A stretch of 64,000 nt of DNA, taken from NCBI GenBank assembly GCA_937915745.1, contig CALGGJ010000069.1, positions 5,544 to 69,543 of the forward strand, given 5' to 3'. The notes beneath the pieces are model-generated. The model was given only the letters and a program-made list of their open reading frames with translations. It did not search any database and had not been told where the DNA came from. Each line of letters begins with the position of its first letter. The stretch's first letter is position 1. A program made the position numbers and the translations under genes. Below, piece by piece: positions 59,655 to 64,000 of the stretch. This DNA comes from an uncultured Prevotellaceae bacterium. Lineage in GTDB: Bacteria > Bacteroidota > Bacteroidia > Bacteroidales > Bacteroidaceae.

Positions 59655-60962
59655 TCAATCTATTTCTTCGTCGGCTTCGTACCCTCCCATTTCCCGAAGA
59701 GCATTCTTCAGCATGACATATTGCTGGAACAGGTGATTTACGGGTATCTCGCCTTTGGTATAGTCGTGCATAGGACTCTTGAGGTAGAACGAAAGGAAGC
59801 GTTGTATGCCGCTTCGACCTGCCCGTGCTGCGAGATCAGATAGCAGGCAGAGGTCGAGCAGCAGTGGTGCTGCCAGTATTGAGTCGCGGCAGAGGAAGTT
59901 AATCTTGATTTGCATAGGATAGCCCATCCAGCCGAAGATGTCGATGTTGTCCCATCCTTCCTTGTTGTCGTTGCGTGGCGGATAGTAGTTGATTCTTACT
60001 TTGTGGTAATAGTTGTTGTAGAGGTCGGGTTGTTTCTCCGGAACGAGTATTGACTCCAATGTGGAAAGTTTGCTCACCTCTTTGGTGCGGAAGTTTGCAG
60101 GTTCGTCGAGCACTAATCCGTCGCGGTTGCCCAGTATGTTTGTAGAAAACCATCCGTTTAATCCCAGGCATCGTGTTCCGATAATCGGAGCAAAGCCGCT
60201 CTTTACCAGTGTCTGACCTGTCTTGAAGTCTTTGCCTGCTATTGGCATACCGGTTTTGTCGGCCAGTTCCCACATGGCTGGTATATCTACAGTTGTGTTT
60301 GGCGCACCCATGATGAATGGTGCGCCTTCGCTCAGTGCTGCATAGGCGTAACACATTGATGGGGCTATATGCTCTTTGTCGTCGGCTTTCATAGCAGCTT
60401 CAAGCGCAGAAAGTGAACCATGTACCGGCTCGTAAACTGGCACATAGATTTCGGTTGACGCGGCCCATGCTACTACAATGCGGTTGCAGCCATTATTGGC
60501 TTTGAAGTTGCGTATGTCGCTCCTGAGTTGTTCTACCATTTCCCAGCGAGTCTTGCCTTCCATCACGTTGTCGCCGTCAAGGCGTTTGGCAAAATTCTTG
60601 TCGAATGCAGCTTTCATCGGCACGATTTTTTGCAGCTCGTCTTTCACCGGCTCTATGTCTTTCTCTTTCAAAACTTCTGCATAGATGGCACTGCGATAGG
60701 CATCGGCTGGATACACGTCCCACGCACCAAAAACGATGTCTTTAAGTTCGGCAATCGGCACAACCTCGCGATATTTCAGGTATTTCTTGTCATTGCCTTT
60801 GCCTACGCGAATCTTGTCGTATTCAACCATCGAACCAACAGGCTTGGCAAGTCCTTTGCGGGCCATAAGCACACCTGTCATAAATGTGGAAGTCACGGCA
60901 CCAAGGCCTACTACCATGATGCCCAGTTTACCCTCTGCGGGTTTAACATTGTTGTTAGTCAT
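59655..60962 (-). CDS. inositol-3-phosphate synthase (myo-inositol-1-phosphate synthase)
   Basis: 435 aa. Rossmann N-terminus (LGIMVVGLGAVTSTF) and MIPS-type core (SMCYAYAA; KSGFAPIIG; NILGNRDG). Confidence 0.8.
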   Translation of the reverse strand: MTNNNVKPAEGKLGIMVVGLGAVTSTFMTGVLMARKGLAKPVGSMVEYDKIRVGKGNDKKYLKYREVVPIAELKDIVFGAWDVYPADAYRSAIYAEVLKEKDIEPVKDELQKIVPMKAAFDKNFAKRLDGDNVMEGKTRWEMVEQLRSDIRNFKANNGCNRIVVAWAASTEIYVPVYEPVHGSLSALEAAMKADDKEHIAPSMCYAYAALSEGAPFIMGAPNTTVDIPAMWELADKTGMPIAGKDFKTGQTLVKSGFAPIIGTRCLGLNGWFSTNILGNRDGLVLDEPANFRTKEVSKLSTLESILVPEKQPDLYNNYYHKVRINYYPPRNDNKEGWDNIDIFGWMGYPMQIKINFLCRDSILAAPLLLDLCLLSDLAARAGRSGIQRFLSFYLKSPMHDYTKGEIPVNHLFQQYVMLKNALREMGGYEADEEID

Positions 60963-61072
60963 TGTTTTTGTAAATTATGTCTTAATGTTCTTTTCTCGGT
61001 TTGTTCTTGTCAAATCGGGGACACCATGTCTTTGGGGAACCATAGCACCCGCGATGTGGTGTACAAAGCGTG

Positions 61073-61080
61073 CAAAGATA
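61073..61080 (-). promoter_or_regulatory. Bacteroidota -7 promoter motif (TATCTTTG) upstream of the inositol-3-phosphate synthase gene
   Basis: The plus strand reads CAAAGATA. About 110 nt upstream of the ATG at 60962. Confidence 0.5.
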
Positions 61081-61175
61081 CGCATAAATTTTTACATAAT
61101 TGCATGTAAACTAAAAAAAACAGCCAATAAGAAAGTTTTGAGGCGATACACGCGCGTTTTTTAAAGTGCGAATTA

Positions 61176-61210
61176 CAAAAAGCAGACGCTCTTCTGAAAG
61201 GGCGTCTGCT
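61176..61210 (-). terminator. intrinsic terminator of gapA
   Basis: The minus strand reads AGCAGACGC-CCTTTCAGAAGA-GCGTCTGCT followed by TTTTT. Confidence 0.75.
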
Positions 61211-61233
61211 TTATCTGTTTTGTTTTGATTTTA

Positions 61234-62265
61234 TTACTTGAGTTCGGCAAGATACTTGATTGTACGTACCATTTGTGAAGTGTAAGAGTTTTCGTTGTCG
61301 TACCAGCTAACGACTTGCACCTGATATGTGTCGTCGTCAATCTTGCTAACCATTGTCTGTGTTGCATCGAAGAGTGAACCGTACTTCATTCCGATGATGT
61401 CGGAAGAAACGATTTGGTCTTCTGTGTAACCGAATGATTCTGTTCCTGCAGCCTTCATTGCAGCGTTGATGCCTTCTACTGTCACATCCTTAGCCTTTAC
61501 TACAGCAATGAGGATAGTAGTTGAACCTGTTGGAGTTGGAACGCGTTGTGCTGAACCGATGAGCTTGCCGTTGAGTTCAGGTATCACGAGGCCAATTGCC
61601 TTTGCAGCACCTGTTGAGTTTGGAACGATGTTGCAAGCACCGGCACGGCTACGACGGAGGTCACCCTTGCGCTGTGGGCCATCGAGTATCATCTGGTCGC
61701 CTGTGTAGGCGTGGATGGTTGACATGATGCCAGAGCAGATTGGAGCATATTTGTTGAGGGCTGCTGCCATAGGTGCCAGACAGTTTGTTGTACAAGAAGC
61801 AGCAGAGATAACGGTGTCGGCTGCTGTCAGGGTTTTGTGGTTCACGTTGTAAACGATGGTTGGAAGGTCGTTGCCTGCAGGAGCAGAGATAACCACCTTT
61901 TTGGCACCTGCCTGGATGTGAGCCTCGGCTTTTGCCTTTGATGTGTAGAAACCGGTGCACTCGAGCACTACGTCAACACCAAGTTTGCCCCATGGCAGTT
62001 CTGCTGCATTCGGCACTGCATAGATGGTGATTTCCTTACCATCAACGATGATTGAATTGTCTGTTGCTTCTACTGTGTGCTTGCCTTCGCCAAACTTGCC
62101 TGCGAAACCTCCCTGAGCTGTGTCGTACTTCAGCAGGTGGGCAAGCATCTTAGGGCTTGTCAAGTCATTGATTGCTACTACTTCATAACCTTCAGCCTCA
62201 AACATCTGACGGAATGCGAGGCGACCGATACGGCCAAAGCCGTTGATAGCTACTTTTGTTGCCAT
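61234..62265 (-). CDS. gapA: type I glyceraldehyde-3-phosphate dehydrogenase
   Basis: 343 aa. INGFGRIGR, the active-site SCTTNCLAP, and WYDNE near the C-terminus. Confidence 0.93.
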   Translation of the reverse strand: MATKVAINGFGRIGRLAFRQMFEAEGYEVVAINDLTSPKMLAHLLKYDTAQGGFAGKFGEGKHTVEATDNSIIVDGKEITIYAVPNAAELPWGKLGVDVVLECTGFYTSKAKAEAHIQAGAKKVVISAPAGNDLPTIVYNVNHKTLTAADTVISAASCTTNCLAPMAAALNKYAPICSGIMSTIHAYTGDQMILDGPQRKGDLRRSRAGACNIVPNSTGAAKAIGLVIPELNGKLIGSAQRVPTPTGSTTILIAVVKAKDVTVEGINAAMKAAGTESFGYTEDQIVSSDIIGMKYGSLFDATQTMVSKIDDDTYQVQVVSWYDNENSYTSQMVRTIKYLAELK

Positions 62266-62325
62266 TGTTCTTGTTTGTTTTGTTTAGTTAATATAAATAT
62301 CCGATAATATTGTTTCCCTTCGTTT

Positions 62326-62421
62326 TTATCCACAATTACAATAGTGTTTCGACGATGCACATGCCACCACCAGCAGCATGATAACAATGAAGCAGAGTAT
62401 GTTGAATGTGCGTTGACTCAT
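62326..62421 (-). CDS. candidate 31-aa lipoprotein-like mini-ORF in the gapA leader
   Basis: MSQRTFNILCFIVIMLLVVACASSKHYCNCG. Has a basic n-region, a hydrophobic core and a lipobox-like VVAC. Lies between the promoter motif at 62498-62505 and gapA. Too short for the ORF track. Confidence 0.3.
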   Translation of the reverse strand: MSQRTFNILCFIVIMLLVVACASSKHYCNCG

Positions 62422-62497
62422 GTTTATACACGTTCTTTCCGGTGTACCCCGAAACGTATCGAAGCGCAACTTTGCGCCCGTTTCATATTTCGGTGTG

Positions 62498-62505
62498 CAA
62501 AGTTA
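62498..62505 (-). promoter_or_regulatory. Bacteroidota -7 promoter motif (TAACTTTG) upstream of the mini-ORF and gapA
   Basis: The plus strand reads CAAAGTTA. Confidence 0.5.
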
Positions 62506-62685
62506 CTAATTTATTGTGAATACACAAGTCTTATGTCATATTATTTTTGCCAGACAGTATATTTTGTCGGTTGCCACACTGAAAAATGTAAAATAGAGTG
62601 TGCAATGTGTAAACCGACTGTTGCCTGCCGAATTCCTGTCAGACATCACCTTGCAACAATTGCAGCGGTAGTGCCGACGAATAGT

Positions 62686-62769
62686 GAGTGCGCACTCAAG
62701 GTATTGAGAGTGCGCGCTTACAGCGTCATGAGTGCGTACTCGATGCATCCTGAGCGCGCACTCGTTTTT
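62686..62769 (+). repeat. 22-bp-periodic palindrome-core repeat array (GAGTGCGCACTC family), locus 3, ending in a T-tract
   Basis: Cores AGTGCGCACT (62687), AGTGCGCGCT (62709), AGTGCGTACT (62731) and AGCGCGCACT (62753) are spaced exactly 22 nt apart. The last two can pair as a terminator stem followed by TTTTT (62765-62769). Confidence 0.85.
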
Positions 62770-63131
62770 GTCCGACAACACATTTGTCAAGTCATTCATC
62801 ATGCCATGCCTTATCACAACAAGATCCAAATTGGTCATCAGCGTCATGATGGTTTCAAGTTTATTCTTGAGCCGGTATTTGCGGCATCTAAGGAGTAATG
62901 GATTCAGATAAATTCAGCCATCTTAATGTCATTTGGCATAGCAAATACGGAGCCAAAGCCAATGTAATAAAAGTACGAAACGGCCTGATGGCCGATTGGG
63001 TTTATACAACACCTGCAACATCTGCAACATCTAAACTCTCCGAAAACCAAAAACCTGCATCAAATTACAAAAAAAAACACGGCAGTATCACATTTTCCCC
63101 ATTTGATAACTTATACATGGATTTTTATTAT

Positions 63132-63139
63132 TACCTTTG
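63132..63139 (+). promoter_or_regulatory. Bacteroidota -7 promoter motif (TACCTTTG) upstream of mscL
   Basis: 42 nt upstream of the ATG at 63181. Confidence 0.55.
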
Positions 63140-63180
63140 CGTCGAATAAACAAATGTAAACCAATAAACGAATTATAATT

Positions 63181-63579
63181 ATGGCAAAATTCATTCAGGA
63201 ATTCAAGGAATTCGCAATTGGCGGAAATCTGATTGATATGGCAATCGGCGTTATCGTTGGTGGTGCATTCAATTCCGTCATCTCTTCTTTAGTTGCTGAT
63301 GTATTTACACCGTTATTAGGTATGATCTTCGGAAGTGAAGTTGACTTCTCCGAACTTACATTAGGCGCTATCCAGATCGGCAGTTTCATTAACGCTATCG
63401 TATCCTTCTTATTAACAGCTTTATGCTTATTCAGCGTCATTAAGGCAATCAATAAGGCAAAAGCAGTCATGAAGAAAGAACAGGAAGCTGAAGCTGAAGA
63501 ACCGGCACCGGAAGAACCAAGTGAAGAAGTTAAATTATTAACAGACATCAAGGAACTCTTAGCTGCCAGCCAGAAGTAA
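63181..63579 (+). CDS. mscL: large-conductance mechanosensitive channel
   Basis: 132 aa. MscL N-terminus (FKEFAIGGNLIDMAIGVIVGGAF), a second TM helix and an acidic C-terminal tail. Confidence 0.9.
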   Translation: MAKFIQEFKEFAIGGNLIDMAIGVIVGGAFNSVISSLVADVFTPLLGMIFGSEVDFSELTLGAIQIGSFINAIVSFLLTALCLFSVIKAINKAKAVMKKEQEAEAEEPAPEEPSEEVKLLTDIKELLAASQK

Positions 63580-63609
63580 GCAACAGCGCAAACCGGACAA
63601 ATCAGAGAA

Positions 63610-63630
63610 AGAGGCAATCTGCCTCTTTTC
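63610..63630 (+). terminator. intrinsic terminator of mscL
   Basis: AGAGGC-AATCT-GCCTCT followed by TTTCCTTT. Confidence 0.6.
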
Positions 63631-63637
63631 CTTTGGC

Positions 63638-63662
63638 AAAAAAGAGCTGCATCTCACAGCTC
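63638..63662 (-). terminator. intrinsic terminator of the convergent partial gene
   Basis: The minus strand reads GAGCTG-TGAGATG-CAGCTC followed by TTTTTT. Confidence 0.6.
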
Positions 63663-63669
63663 CAGCATC

Positions 63670-64000
63670 CTAGAATTTGTGGCTCTTCGCCAGATAGTAG
63701 TTCTTGTAATTGACATCATCCGAGACGTCTTTGATCACCTTGATGTAGGAAGGCAGATGGATCTCTGCTTCCGCATCCGGAATCTGCACGCTCAACAAGG
63801 CCTTGCTCTTATCAAAGGAGAAGACATCGTATTTATAGAAATGCCCTTCCTTGATGAAAGCCTTACGGTTGATATCGATTGGCATCAGATCTGGGTCAAT
63901 ATCCTTTACATAGTCCCGGTACTGCTTTTCCGAGAGGATCTTGTCCGTCTTATAACGCTTATCGGCACTGATGATATTGGCTTCGGAATAATAGTAGTGT
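63670..64000 (-). CDS. hypothetical protein, 5'-truncated by the window edge
   Basis: The frame of the 71-aa ORF (63670-63885) stays open upstream to position 64000 (...ANIISADKRYKTDKILSEKQYRDYVKDIDPDLMPIDINRK...). No family recognised. Confidence 0.45.
   Translation of the reverse strand, partial: HYYYSEANIISADKRYKTDKILSEKQYRDYVKDIDPDLMPIDINRKAFIKEGHFYKYDVFSFDKSKALLSVQIPDAEAEIHLPSYIKVIKDVSDDVNYKNYYLAKSHKF

Noticed and set aside
62344-63149. ORFs of 184 aa (+), 103 aa (-) and 83 aa (+) in the gapA-mscL spacer.
   Set aside because: Two of them read through the 22-bp palindromic array, which produces repeated ECAL/SAHS peptides. None has a family signature or sensible start context. The region is treated as non-coding.

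Overview
This 64-kb chromosomal window reads as Bacteroidota, probably a gut Bacteroidales. Many genes are preceded by the phylum-typical TAnnTTTG -7 promoter motif and lack Shine-Dalgarno sequences. One secreted protein ends in a T9SS-type C-terminal sorting domain. The gene content also fits (DUF4301, DUF1015, DUF4105, DUF5686, GGGtGRT, inositol-3-phosphate synthase). I call about 50 protein genes. Most are housekeeping (purT, dnaB, ispE, ligA, dapA, cdd, serC-serA, mltG, secA, gapA, mscL, a miaA-like gene), interspersed with envelope and secreted functions. I found no rRNA, tRNA, CRISPR array, integrase, transposase or phage genes. The content most worth a second look is: (i) a three-gene secreted nuclease locus (2.1-7.5 kb) in which two proteins end in dockerin-type Ca-binding repeats; (ii) several families of short dispersed intergenic repeats, namely a 22-bp-periodic array built on the palindrome GAGTGCGCACTC at three loci, a CTAATGACCGATTTGG motif at four or more loci, a GGGGATGACGGGGACAGT stem-loop element at two loci, and a hairpin/direct-repeat cluster at 18.2-18.7 kb; (iii) a MiaA-like prenyltransferase that lacks the tRNA-binding insertion domain and is start/stop-overlapped with a cytoplasmic 5'-nucleotidase-family gene; (iv) a NifU-like/GGGtGRT gene pair of unknown function; (v) unusual domain fusions (SGNH hydrolase-cyclophilin, nitroreductase-glutathione peroxidase) and a CotH protein with a Met/Gly/Pro-rich repeat insertion. 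I could not demonstrate a clear-cut new defence or mobile system. All functional calls rest on motif recognition by eye, not on database searches, and all coordinates were counted by hand.
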